Origin: Verrucomicrobiota bacterium
GTDB taxonomy: Bacteria > Verrucomicrobiota > Verrucomicrobiia > Limisphaerales > SXQI01
Direction: 5' to 3'
Length of the DNA: 64,000 bases
Assembly: GCA_033762115.1 (NCBI GenBank)
Contig: JANRLX010000022.1
Location: 13,695 to 77,694, forward strand
Shown here: positions 55,599-64,000 of the stretch, in pieces
Layout: every line of letters starts with the position of its first letter
How positions within the stretch are numbered: the stretch's first letter is position 1
Made by a program: the position numbers and the translations under genes
Notes under the pieces: generated by a model
Databases searched by the model: none
The model's input: the letters and a program-made list of their open reading frames with translations, nothing else
What the model was told of the DNA's origin: nothing

Positions 55599-56195
55599 AT
55601 GATCCATTTGTTTTTAAAAGCGCCCCGGAAAGGCTTGGTCAAGACCCGTCTGGCCGTGACCCTTGGAGATGAGGGTGCGTTGGAGGCTTACCGGGTCATG
55701 CTCGATTATGTCCTGGATACTCTTGAACCGTTTGATCAGGTCGAACTTTGCTTTACGCCATCAAATTCAGAACAGGAATTGTTACTTTTTCGGCGACGCG
55801 AGGAATGGCGGCTTGCCGATCAGGGGGAAGGTGATTTAGGGCAGCGCCTGACCAATGCTTTTGCCAGGTCATTCGATAATGGCAGCAATTTTGCCATCGC
55901 AATAGGCGCCGACTCCCCGGACATGAATTCCGAGGACCTTCGGAATGCCATGAGCCAGCTGAAGGAAAGTGATCTGGTGCTCGGCCCGGCTGAAGATGGC
56001 GGGTACTGGCTGGTGGGGATGAGAAAATTCGAGCCTGCCATTTTCCAGGGAATCGAATGGAGCAGCCCCAACGTTTTGCAACAAACCCTGGATATTGCCC
56101 GCAATTATCGGTTGAAAGTGACGCTGCTAAGGACGCTTTCCGATATAGACACCGCCGCCGATTGGGGACGTTTTCAATGCTCTATCCGCACTTGA
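55599..56195 (+). CDS. DUF2064 / TIGR04282-type glycosyltransferase-like protein
   Basis: IHLFLKAPRKGLVKTRLA start and the later GADSPD block; 198 aa. Confidence 0.7.
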   Translation: MIHLFLKAPRKGLVKTRLAVTLGDEGALEAYRVMLDYVLDTLEPFDQVELCFTPSNSEQELLLFRRREEWRLADQGEGDLGQRLTNAFARSFDNGSNFAIAIGADSPDMNSEDLRNAMSQLKESDLVLGPAEDGGYWLVGMRKFEPAIFQGIEWSSPNVLQQTLDIARNYRLKVTLLRTLSDIDTAADWGRFQCSIRT

Positions 56196-57199
56196 AGCAG
56201 GCGAAATCTTTTTTCGGAATCCTCCAAATCCTTGCATTCTTTCCCCCCGCTTTTCACCGTGCCGTCATCGCTGACCACGTGAAAGATTTCCGGACCCGAG
56301 CCGGGAAATTGAAAAATGGCTTCGGGGTTATATCCTTCAAAGATTTGTTTTTCGCTCAATGCTTTCAAACCCTGTTTCCCATCCCAACGGAAAATTCGAA
56401 AGTTGCTCGATCCATCTGTCGGCCCCGCGAGGATCAGATAAAAATCATCCACCTGAAAAATGTCCCGCACACCAAAACCATCCAGGTCCAATTGATGCGC
56501 CTTACCGAAAACAGTCTTCTGCCCTTCCATGGCCGCTTCTGGATTGGTCACCTCAAAAAGCAATGCCTTCCCCTCCGGTACCGGATTGCGAAGGCCAACC
56601 AAAAGCTGGGTTGAGTTCCATGCAGCGAGTCCCTCAATATTAAATCCTCCTTCGGCTTTGGGGGCGAGTTTTTCCGCCGTTTTGAGGGGAAAGGAATCAA
56701 ATCTTTTTTCCTTCAGGAGATCTTCAAGAAAACTTTTGGAAAAGTTCCTGGGCGGCTTCAGGCTCGGAACAGCGCCTGCAATAATTTCAGTGGCAAAAAG
56801 GCGATGGCGGCTGGGACGTCGTTTCGCGTTTTTATTTCTGCCATGGGATGTGATCCAATAAATTTTATTACCAATTCGCGCCGCTCCCTCAATATCCGTT
56901 TCCGGTTCCTCCGGATCAACGTCCAGGTGCTCGGTTAAGTCGATAAATGAGATCGGTTCCGTTTTTCCGTCAAGCTGATAGACACGCACAACGTTGGTTT
57001 CATCGTCAGCTACAGCGAAATGCCGATGATCAAGGGCCACTGCGGCTGAGCCATCGCACAATCCGGTAAATGAATAAACTTTCTCGATCATGACTGCAGG
57101 GGAATTGGCGGCCTGGGAATTGACCAGAAGGCTGGTCATTGCAAAGGCCAGAAAATTTCGAATGCTCCTCACAATGTGTAAACGGACCGCAACCGCCAT
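56174..57199 (-). CDS. secreted hypothetical protein (DUF3616-like, tentative)
   Basis: Signal peptide. Blocks DGSAAVALDHRHFAVADDETNVVRVY and ETDIEGAARIGNKIYWITSHGRN resemble DUF3616, recognised from memory only. Confidence 0.5.
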   Translation of the reverse strand: MAVAVRLHIVRSIRNFLAFAMTSLLVNSQAANSPAVMIEKVYSFTGLCDGSAAVALDHRHFAVADDETNVVRVYQLDGKTEPISFIDLTEHLDVDPEEPETDIEGAARIGNKIYWITSHGRNKNAKRRPSRHRLFATEIIAGAVPSLKPPRNFSKSFLEDLLKEKRFDSFPLKTAEKLAPKAEGGFNIEGLAAWNSTQLLVGLRNPVPEGKALLFEVTNPEAAMEGQKTVFGKAHQLDLDGFGVRDIFQVDDFYLILAGPTDGSSNFRIFRWDGKQGLKALSEKQIFEGYNPEAIFQFPGSGPEIFHVVSDDGTVKSGGKECKDLEDSEKRFRLLQVRIEH

Positions 57200-57216
57200 T
57201 AAGTTACAGCATCACG

Positions 57217-57266
57217 AAGCAAAAGCGGGCGTTGGCATACACACGTTTTTTAAAGCCAACGCCCGC
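57217..57266 (-). terminator. hairpin, putative intrinsic terminator after the EEP gene
   Basis: 12-bp perfect stem GCGGGCGTTGGC (57225-57236) / GCCAACGCCCGC (57255-57266), 18-nt loop. On the minus strand it is followed by TTTTGCTT. Confidence 0.5.
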
Positions 57267-57389
57267 CGCCCTCCCACTCAGGAGGAAAGCAAATGCTCAG
57301 TGGATGAGCAGTTTGGGAACGGTTCGATTCAACTTCTACAACAGGATGACTGAATTTCAAGTTATTTTCGAACACGTTTCCCCCACCTT

Positions 57390-58481
57390 TCATTGCGTCA
57401 GATAAAAACGGTGCAGCACTGGCAGATGATCAGAAATGGTTTCCTTCATTTCTCGCAATACAGCCACCACCTCAGCTTTGGTCATGTCCCCTGTTTCAGC
57501 GATGACGTCTTGAATCGGTTTCCAGCGAACAACCTGGGCTGGCTTGCCTACGATCTGGTCCGCAGATGCCAGGCTAATGACCGCAAGATCAATCTTGGAA
57601 GTGAACTTGGTTGTCCGGTTGGCAAGCCACATATATGAGAAATCACTGGGATCATTAATCGAACGGAATTTGACTTTGGAATTTGGGGCATTTTCCAGTG
57701 CGGCAAACGGGTCCCAACATTTGTCCCCGGGAGGAGCATTGAAATCTCCCATGATTAATGTGTCATTGTCTGTTACCAAAGCTTCATTCTGGAGCCATGC
57801 CGCCAACACCCGTGCGGACTCTTCACGTTGAGGAGCCCCATCTGCCATTGCTTTCAGATGCACGCCAAGGGCCTGAAAATCAAATTTCTCAAGACCTCCC
57901 GTGGGATTTGGGGCGATATCGTCCAGGTCAATGGGAATACGTGCGGTAAAGTAGCCATACAGAGGGGTACGACCAGCAAAAGCATCTGCCTGGCCTCCGG
58001 GCATTTTGTGGGTACCTTTGGGAAAAAGTTCTTTCACATCATCCTTTGCACGAATCCAGTCCCGGTCCCACATCATGGCAACTCGTTGCTCACCACCAGC
58101 CAATGTATAATCCACGGCATAATCTCCCGCGCCTGTTTCTGTCAAAGCACGTGCGATCGGGTCCAGCACACCTTCCCGCCGCCCATCCGGAGAAGGACCG
58201 GCAATTTCCTGGAAAATGAAAAGATCTGCGTTCAACGTTTGAAGTATCTGCTGCACCAACGCGAAACGCCGCGCATCTTTACTCCGCGATTTCGCTGCCC
58301 CAAACCATTCGATGTTCCATTGAATAACATCCAGATAACGGTCACTGCCCCGGTATTCTTTAGGGACAATATCAGACAATGCTTCTGAGTAGTTGTCATT
58401 GTCTGCGGTGATCACATTGGCCCGGTCATGGGCGCGACGACGTGAAGTGCTGTTTGTACGATTGCGATTTGTTTTTGCCAT
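57390..58481 (-). CDS. endonuclease/exonuclease/phosphatase (EEP) family protein
   Basis: VIQWNIEWFG, LFIFQEI, MGDFNAPP and the C-terminal ISDHLPVL catalytic blocks. Basic N-terminus and no signal peptide. Confidence 0.8.
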   Translation of the reverse strand: MAKTNRNRTNSTSRRRAHDRANVITADNDNYSEALSDIVPKEYRGSDRYLDVIQWNIEWFGAAKSRSKDARRFALVQQILQTLNADLFIFQEIAGPSPDGRREGVLDPIARALTETGAGDYAVDYTLAGGEQRVAMMWDRDWIRAKDDVKELFPKGTHKMPGGQADAFAGRTPLYGYFTARIPIDLDDIAPNPTGGLEKFDFQALGVHLKAMADGAPQREESARVLAAWLQNEALVTDNDTLIMGDFNAPPGDKCWDPFAALENAPNSKVKFRSINDPSDFSYMWLANRTTKFTSKIDLAVISLASADQIVGKPAQVVRWKPIQDVIAETGDMTKAEVVAVLREMKETISDHLPVLHRFYLTQ

Positions 58482-58688
58482 AGCGTTGATGATTTTTTAT
58501 GAAGCATTTGCCAGCATCTGAGCTTAAGGACGCGAGCAACCCAGAGCAAAACAAGGGCTTACTTTGTTAATGCCTAAAACGACTTCCTTCCTAGCGGGAA
58601 TAAAAAAACAAATCTTATAAATTAAATCAATGTTTTGAATGTGACGATTGTGTTACGGATTTCAACCAGGTAATTCACCGCCCCCTGC

Positions 58689-58716
58689 TTGTGTTCAATC
58701 CAGCCAAAGGTATAGT
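58689..58716 (+). promoter_or_regulatory. candidate rnpB promoter (TTGTGT-16 nt-TATAGT)
   Basis: The TATAGT -10 element at 58711-58716 lies 7 nt before the first nucleotide of the P1 stem. Confidence 0.45.
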
Positions 58717-58723
58717 ATCCCCC

Positions 58724-59101
58724 CTGTTGCTGAGGGGTGGAGAATCGCTTTCTTCGGAAAGAGGAAAGTCCGAACACCATAGGGCAGGATGCCGCGTAAC
58801 CGCTGATTGTCAGCGGATACACACGGGAGCGTTCGTTGAAAAACTGCGCGACGGAAAGTGCCACAGAAAAATAAACCGCCCTTCGCAAGAGGGGTAAGGG
58901 TGAAAAGGCGGGGTAAGAGCCCACCGCTCCGTGAGTAATCCGGAGGCACGGAAAACCCCATCCGGTGCAAGGCCAAATAGGAAACCGAGGAGCTGCCCGC
59001 TCCGCGGCGAAAGCCAGGTTTCGGGTATGGGCTGCTCAGATAAATGATTCTCTCCGCAGCAATGCGAAGACAGAATTCGGCTTACAACCCCTCGGCAACA
59101 G
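58724..59101 (+). ncRNA. rnpB: RNase P RNA, bacterial type A
   Basis: P1 pairing CTGTTGCTGAGGGG / CCCCTCGGCAACAG. Universally conserved P4 strands GAGGAAAGTCCG and ACAGAATTCGGCTTA. GTGCCACAGAAAAATAAACCGCC and GGGTAAGGGTGAAAAGGCGGGGTAAGAGCCCACCG blocks. Confidence 0.92.
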
Positions 59102-59231
59102 ATTTATTTGGATGCCATTTGTCGCGGCAGATAAGAGGAGGAACTTGCAGGTTCCGAACTCCCGGTGGGATACACCACCGCTCCTCCCGCCATTTCCATA
59201 AGCATCTTTGCATTGTCTGGAGCACGCGTGT

Positions 59232-59963
59232 TCACATCGTTATTAAAATAGGCCAGGACCGTTTGGCTTGTTCACTTGCAAACTCCGCCCATGGCTTCAA
59301 CTCCTCCGCAGTGTAATCATGAGCCATCCCACCTTCCAAACCATGAAAACGCAAATAAACATGATGGCTCGTCACCGTGAAATTTGCGGGCATGTTCAAG
59401 GTGCTCAAGGACACATGGGCGATCCGATACTTGTGGAGGAGATCGAAAACAGGATCATCCAGCCAGGATCGATCTCGAAACTCCATGGAATGGTTGTAGG
59501 ATCCTGGCAGGCGTGGAAGGAAATCTTCAAGCCTTGCGATATCTTTTTTTAAAATTCCGGGAAGCTGCCACAGGATCATCTCAATCTTATGCCTCATCGG
59601 TTCGAGACGATCAAAAAAGCGATCCAATCCTGGTCCAAGGTTAACCAGCTTCTTCATATGAGTGATGAATCGGCTGCCCTTGATCGTGTAAACAAATTCC
59701 TCTCCTACCCGATCACGCCAGCCGTTGACCATTTTTTCTGAAGGCAGGCGATAAAAGGTGCTGTTGATCTCCACAGTGGAAAAATGGTTCGCGTAATACT
59801 CCAACTGGAGCCGTTTGGGCGTTTCCCTGGGGTAAAAAGTCTTTTCCCAGCCTTTATAAGAATAACCGCTCGTTCCGATATAAATTTGGCCCTGTTGAGT
59901 CCTCTCAAGCTGCTTCCTGTCAATGCGCCGCTCCATCCAGTAATATACTGGAGGTTTACACAC
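59232..59963 (-). CDS. DUF72 (YecE/UPF0759) family protein
   Basis: IGTSGYSYKGWEKTFYP..YANHFSTVEINSTFYRLP pattern. The start could be Met10. Confidence 0.8.
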   Translation of the reverse strand: MCKPPVYYWMERRIDRKQLERTQQGQIYIGTSGYSYKGWEKTFYPRETPKRLQLEYYANHFSTVEINSTFYRLPSEKMVNGWRDRVGEEFVYTIKGSRFITHMKKLVNLGPGLDRFFDRLEPMRHKIEMILWQLPGILKKDIARLEDFLPRLPGSYNHSMEFRDRSWLDDPVFDLLHKYRIAHVSLSTLNMPANFTVTSHHVYLRFHGLEGGMAHDYTAEELKPWAEFASEQAKRSWPILITM

Positions 59964-59991
59964 TGCGAAGGGGCGATTCGAATTTTAAAAT

Positions 59992-61320
59992 TTACTCGTG
60001 ACGGAGGGCTTCAACTGGATCCATCTGGGCAGCGCGCATGGCAGGATAAAGCCCGAACACAACACCCACCAATGCGGAGATGGTAAACGCAATCACAGGC
60101 GACCAAAAAGTAACGATTGTTTTCATCTGGGAGGCATAGGTCACGATGTACGGGATGGCCACCCCCACCGCCACCCCAAGGATCCCCCCTGCCGCGGCCA
60201 GGATGACGGTCTCAACCAGGAATTGAATCACAATATCCCGGCGCTTGGCTCCAAGGGCGCGACGAATCCCAATTTCTCGCGTCCGCTCGGTCACACTCGC
60301 CAGCATGATGTTCATGATTCCGATGCCGCCTACCAGCAGCGAAATGGCCGCAATTGAACCAAGAACAATGGTGAAGATTTTTTTCGTTTGCTCCGCGCGT
60401 TTCAGGAGCTCCAGTGGCACCACGACATCGTAATCCTTCTTTTTATGGTTTCGTTCAAGCACCTGCTTGATGGAGTCCGCCACATGCATGACATCATCTC
60501 GACTTTCGACTTTTACAGTGACCTCATGCAATTGGACCCGTTCGGATTCGAAACTGCCACTCCGCCGCTTCATCAGGATTTCGCCGAAACGGACCCGCGC
60601 GGTGGCCAGAGGAATAAACAAGCGGTTCAGCGTGGCAGCCTTGGAATCACCTGAATCTCCCAATTCTGCATGTCGCGCCCTTGGTTCCATGATGCCGATG
60701 ACCTTGTAATAATCGCTGCCCACCCGGACGTGGTTCCCCAGTGGTTCCTCCAATGGGAAAAGTTTATCCACCATTTCAGCCGCAAGAACGCAAACATTTT
60801 CCCGCTGCTCATTTTCATGTGAAGTGAAGAAGCGGCCCTTTGCAACCTTATGATTCCGCATCTCCGGATACCAGGGCACCGTACCCATGATTTCGCTGTC
60901 CACCCGATAACGGACATTCCACACGTATTCGCGCATGATCCGGCCCGGCACAACCACGGTCACCCCCGGAATCGTAGCCTGGATACGACTGACATCCGCA
61001 AACGTGATTCCATAATCCAGAACGAAACTTTGGTTGTTGTTGTTCGAAACTTTTTGTTCCTCGGGCGGTTTCACGCTGCGAACAATGATGTTTTGGCTGC
61101 CAAGGCTTTTGATCTGTTCCTGCGCCTCATAGCTCGCCCCCTCTCCAATCGCGAGCATGGCAATGACCGAACACACCCCGAAAACAATCCCGAGCACAGT
61201 CAAAAGTGACCGGAGGCGATGCAGCCACAGGCTCTTGATCCCCAGGCGTAGCATGCGCTTGAGACGCGCAATGGTGATCCCCTCCCGCAGGGTATGAAGG
61301 TTAATGGCGTCTTCTGACAT
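59992..61320 (-). CDS. ABC transporter permease, MacB/FtsX type
   Basis: N-terminal TM helix, large periplasmic domain, and a C-terminal FtsX region with GIGIMNIMLASVTERTREIGIRRALGAKRRDI. The start is taken at MSEDAINL (ATG 61320). Confidence 0.8.
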   Translation of the reverse strand: MSEDAINLHTLREGITIARLKRMLRLGIKSLWLHRLRSLLTVLGIVFGVCSVIAMLAIGEGASYEAQEQIKSLGSQNIIVRSVKPPEEQKVSNNNNQSFVLDYGITFADVSRIQATIPGVTVVVPGRIMREYVWNVRYRVDSEIMGTVPWYPEMRNHKVAKGRFFTSHENEQRENVCVLAAEMVDKLFPLEEPLGNHVRVGSDYYKVIGIMEPRARHAELGDSGDSKAATLNRLFIPLATARVRFGEILMKRRSGSFESERVQLHEVTVKVESRDDVMHVADSIKQVLERNHKKKDYDVVVPLELLKRAEQTKKIFTIVLGSIAAISLLVGGIGIMNIMLASVTERTREIGIRRALGAKRRDIVIQFLVETVILAAAGGILGVAVGVAIPYIVTYASQMKTIVTFWSPVIAFTISALVGVVFGLYPAMRAAQMDPVEALRHE

Positions 61321-62035
61321 CGGATTCAAGAATGCCATCCCGCAACCGGATATTGCGCTTGGCACGCTGGGCCACTTCGTCTGAATGCGTGACCATGATC
61401 AAGGTTTTTCCCTGTTGATTGAGTTCATCGAACAAGCCGAGAATTTCCGCGCCGGAAACACTGTCCAGATTGCCGGTGGCTTCGTCAGCAAGGATCACCA
61501 ATGGATCATTGACCAGCGCCCGGGCAATCGCCACCCGTTGTTGCTGCCCGCCGGAAAGTTCAAACGGCTTATGGTCCAGGCGTTTTTCCAAACCCACCCG
61601 CGTCGCCAGCCGAACAGCCACTTCATGGCTCTTTTCTTCAGGCCAGCCCTGGTAATAAAGAGGGATCTCGATGTTTTCAACCACCGTTAACTGTTGGATG
61701 AGATTGTACGATTGAAAAACGAAGCCGAGCCGCGCTCCCCTAACATTCGAAAGCGCGTCGTCATCCATTGTGGAAACATCATCTTCACCCAGAAAATAAT
61801 GTCCGGAAGTGGGACGATCCAGGCAGCCAAGCAGGTTCAGCATGGTTGATTTTCCGCAACCTGAGGGACCCATGATGCTGATGTAGTCCCCTTCGCGAAT
61901 TTCCAATGTCACCCCCCGGAGCGCTTCCACAATGACCGCTCCCATCTGGTAGGTTTTACGAACATCATTCAACCGGACAATCGGTCTTCTCTGCGTTGTC
62001 GAAGCAGGAGATGCAGTTGAATCAGCAATGGTCAC
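61301..62035 (-). CDS. ABC transporter ATP-binding protein (MacB/LolD-like)
   Basis: Walker [10 protein letters not shown], signature [15 protein letters not shown], Walker [12 protein letters not shown]. Confidence 0.88.
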   Translation of the reverse strand: MTIADSTASPASTTQRRPIVRLNDVRKTYQMGAVIVEALRGVTLEIREGDYISIMGPSGCGKSTMLNLLGCLDRPTSGHYFLGEDDVSTMDDDALSNVRGARLGFVFQSYNLIQQLTVVENIEIPLYYQGWPEEKSHEVAVRLATRVGLEKRLDHKPFELSGGQQQRVAIARALVNDPLVILADEATGNLDSVSGAEILGLFDELNQQGKTLIMVTHSDEVAQRAKRNIRLRDGILESDVRRRH

Positions 62036-62038
62036 AGT

Positions 62039-63844
62039 TCAAGCAGATGTCGGCGCTGGAGTTGCTGCAGGAGCATTCTCCCTGGTTGATTCCTCTTTTT
62101 CCGGGCTCGCTGCTCCCGCGTCTGAAACCGGCGCACGCAGCAGCACTTTGTCCCCTTCTTTCAGCCCGCTCTTGATTTCAATGAACTCATCATTGAACTC
62201 TCCAATTTCAATGACCCGCCTTTCAGTCCGGGTGCCATCCACAAGATAGGCCACCTTGCTGTTCGATTCAGTATGAACAGCCTGCAGGGGAACCTGCACC
62301 ACATCCGCAAGCTCGTTGATCAGCACTTCCACTTTTGCGCTCATCCCCGGTTTGACCCAATCGCGCACGCCATCAATTTTAATGCTGGTCACATAAACTT
62401 TCAGGTCAGGATTCATCCAGCGATTTTGCGAGTCCGGCAGAACCCCCACCTTGATCACTTCCCCTGTCAACACCTCGTCTGGAAAAGCATCCACACGAAT
62501 GCGCGCCTTCATTCCTTTCTTCACTTTTTTAATGTGTGATTCATGGATTTTGACTTTGATCGACATTTGGGTCATGTCCGGAATCGTGATGATCGGCTGA
62601 CGTTCCCGCACCGTTGCCCCTTCGCGAATCTGCTCCTGCCCGCCGTAATAAAAATTTTCATTCCCTCCCCCATACACAACCAGCCCTGTTTTTTTTGCGC
62701 GGATGACGCATTTTGCGAGTTGCTCCTGTAATTCATCACGCTGCTCCTTTTCAATTCGGTGACGGCCTTCAGCTGATTTTAATTTGGCTTCAGCCTGCGC
62801 CAGTTTTGAAATCGCTTCCTTGCGAGTGCGGTCAAGCAGCCGGGCTGCTTCTTCATACTTTGACAGAAACTCTTCAGCAGCCTTTGGAAATTCATACTTG
62901 ATAAACAGGTCACGCGCAGTGGCGGCGGTTTGCACCTTAAGGTCATTTTTCTTCACTGCGATTTCCTCGTTCGCAAGTGTGTTCTTGGTCACAAACCCCT
63001 TTTCAGAGAGCCGCCTGGTGCCTTCGAACTGGGTTTGGGAAAGCCCATGCTCGGATTTGGCTACCAGCAGGTCATCCTCAAATTTTCGAAGTTTCTGCAT
63101 CGCTTCACCATCACCGAGCAGTTCCACCTTTGCGTACTTTGAAAAATCAATCGGGGCTTTGGTTGCGGTTGCTGGTTGATTTGTCGAGCTTGTGACTGTG
63201 CTGGGTTGCGGAACATCAGTCGTCACGTTGTTTGGCGTCACTGCTGCAATCGCCTTGCTCCCGGTCGGGAGTAATGCTGAAGGGATGGCATCGTTGGTAT
63301 CTCCCGCCGGGTACATCAATGTCATCTGACTGATCACATCCTCAGTCGCTTCCGTTCCGAGAAATTTCTCAAGGTCCATGCGGGCAAAGCGGACCTTTTG
63401 CTCTGCTGATTTGATATCACTTTTGTTTTGGTTATACTGAATGTCATAACTTTGCTTCGCTTCGGTCAACGAAGCGATGGTGGATTGAAATTGAATATCC
63501 TGGGTGGTGATTTTCTGTTTAAGTTCTGAAGAATCCAGTTCCACCAGCACCTTCTCGTTTTTTACATCCTCTTCCGTGACCAGGTAACCTTCCTCGACAA
63601 TGCTGAGAATCTTAGTGCCCTGATATCCTTTGTACTCTGAGCGAATCTCCTGTGATTCCAAGGCTTCCACACTGCCCCCCTCCACCACGTTGATCGGGAG
63701 ATTGCCTCGTTTAACAACGAAAGTGGTCCCGAGTTTCTGCGCAACCGGCGGTTTTAACCAAAGATACGCGCCAATCGCAAGTGCAGTGACAATCACGATT
63801 GCAGCCAGCTTCCGTTGACCACCAGGTTTAGAGTTTTTCTGCAT
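62039..63844 (-). CDS. efflux periplasmic adaptor (HlyD/MacA family), long form
   Basis: Start at MQKNSKPGG (ATG 63844). TM anchor LAAIVIVTALAIGAYLWL, extended coiled-coil hairpin region, C-terminal beta-barrel/MP domain. Sits upstream of the ABC pair. Confidence 0.8.
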   Translation of the reverse strand: MQKNSKPGGQRKLAAIVIVTALAIGAYLWLKPPVAQKLGTTFVVKRGNLPINVVEGGSVEALESQEIRSEYKGYQGTKILSIVEEGYLVTEEDVKNEKVLVELDSSELKQKITTQDIQFQSTIASLTEAKQSYDIQYNQNKSDIKSAEQKVRFARMDLEKFLGTEATEDVISQMTLMYPAGDTNDAIPSALLPTGSKAIAAVTPNNVTTDVPQPSTVTSSTNQPATATKAPIDFSKYAKVELLGDGEAMQKLRKFEDDLLVAKSEHGLSQTQFEGTRRLSEKGFVTKNTLANEEIAVKKNDLKVQTAATARDLFIKYEFPKAAEEFLSKYEEAARLLDRTRKEAISKLAQAEAKLKSAEGRHRIEKEQRDELQEQLAKCVIRAKKTGLVVYGGGNENFYYGGQEQIREGATVRERQPIITIPDMTQMSIKVKIHESHIKKVKKGMKARIRVDAFPDEVLTGEVIKVGVLPDSQNRWMNPDLKVYVTSIKIDGVRDWVKPGMSAKVEVLINELADVVQVPLQAVHTESNSKVAYLVDGTRTERRVIEIGEFNDEFIEIKSGLKEGDKVLLRAPVSDAGAASPEKEESTRENAPAATPAPTSA

Positions 63845-64000
63845 ATTCCACCTCCTGCCAGTTTCCGTTATCTTTGATGTAAAGAATGCCAAGGTCTCTC
63901 CAGAATTGCAGCCGCGCGATGGTATGTTGAACCAGTGCGCTGGTGCGTTGGTTCCGGGCATTGATCAAGTCAGTGCGGGCATCCACCAGGTCACGCGCAG
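63828..64000 (-). CDS. 3' end of a TolC-family outer membrane efflux protein (5' part outside the window)
   Basis: The minus-strand frame is open from the window edge: ARDLVDARTDLINARNQRTSALVQHTIARLQFWRDLGILYIKDNGNWQEVEYAEKL*. This is a typical TolC C-terminal helix. The stop overlaps the adaptor start by 17 nt. Confidence 0.6.
   Translation of the reverse strand, partial: ARDLVDARTDLINARNQRTSALVQHTIARLQFWRDLGILYIKDNGNWQEVEYAEKL

Noticed and set aside
58622-58976. ORFs 58622-58924, 58691-58897 and 58695-58976.
   Set aside because: They overlap the RNase P RNA gene, whose conserved P1 and P4 elements account for the sequence.
59135-59187. GC-rich nested hairpins 30 nt downstream of rnpB (outer GAGGAG/CTCCTC, inner GGAAC-loop-GTTCC and CGGTGG-loop-CCACCG).
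   Set aside because: The stems are short (5-6 bp), no T-tract follows, and they could easily arise by chance. Possibly an rnpB 3' processing or termination element, but unsupported.
61321-61365. Longer start of the MacB-type permease (61365), overlapping the ATPase gene by 65 nt.
   Set aside because: The internal Met at 61320 gives a 20-nt overlap and a typical N-terminus. The choice remains uncertain but does not affect the call.
1-64000. Looked for CRISPR arrays, IS elements, integrases, prophage genes, tandem repeats, a retron/DGR reverse transcriptase and toxin-rich islands.
   Set aside because: I found no direct-repeat arrays, transposase, integrase or RT-like ORFs, or phage structural genes by eye. 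A computational repeat search would be needed to exclude short dispersed repeats.

Overview
This is a dense (about 95% coding) chromosomal segment that looks like a Planctomycetota/Verrucomicrobiota-type genome. That placement is inferred from families expanded in that group: DUF1552, DUF1080, DUF1559-like pseudopilin, BatA/VWA, PQQ propellers and MMPL. Most genes are housekeeping. They include a 13-gene NADH:quinone oxidoreductase cluster (nuoB-nuoN, minus strand), pyk, mnmE, trmB, lptB-hprK-ptsH, uvrD, a split LigD (Pol + ligase), RNase P RNA, an M16 peptidase, a tail-specific protease and a MacAB-TolC-type efflux operon. I saw no CRISPR array, transposase, integrase, phage genes or recognisable defence system, so I cannot point to an obvious novel system. 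The observations most worth a second look are listed below.
- A tRNA-Gln(CUG) gene lies on the opposite strand inside the nuoE-nuoF spacer, and the nuo cluster has no nuoA.
- A promoter, long-range helix and intrinsic terminator form a riboswitch- or sRNA-like element just upstream of an uncharacterised 112-aa ORF.
- A cysteine-free, caspase/legumain-fold-like secreted protein is translationally coupled to a BatA/VWA membrane protein.
- An MMPL transporter is followed by a secreted protein built of about 15 F/W-P-hydrophobic repeats.
- A solo RelE/ParE-like gene is coupled to a TlpA-like thioredoxin.
- There are two perfect 20-nt palindromes.
All family assignments rest on motif recognition by eye; no searches were run.
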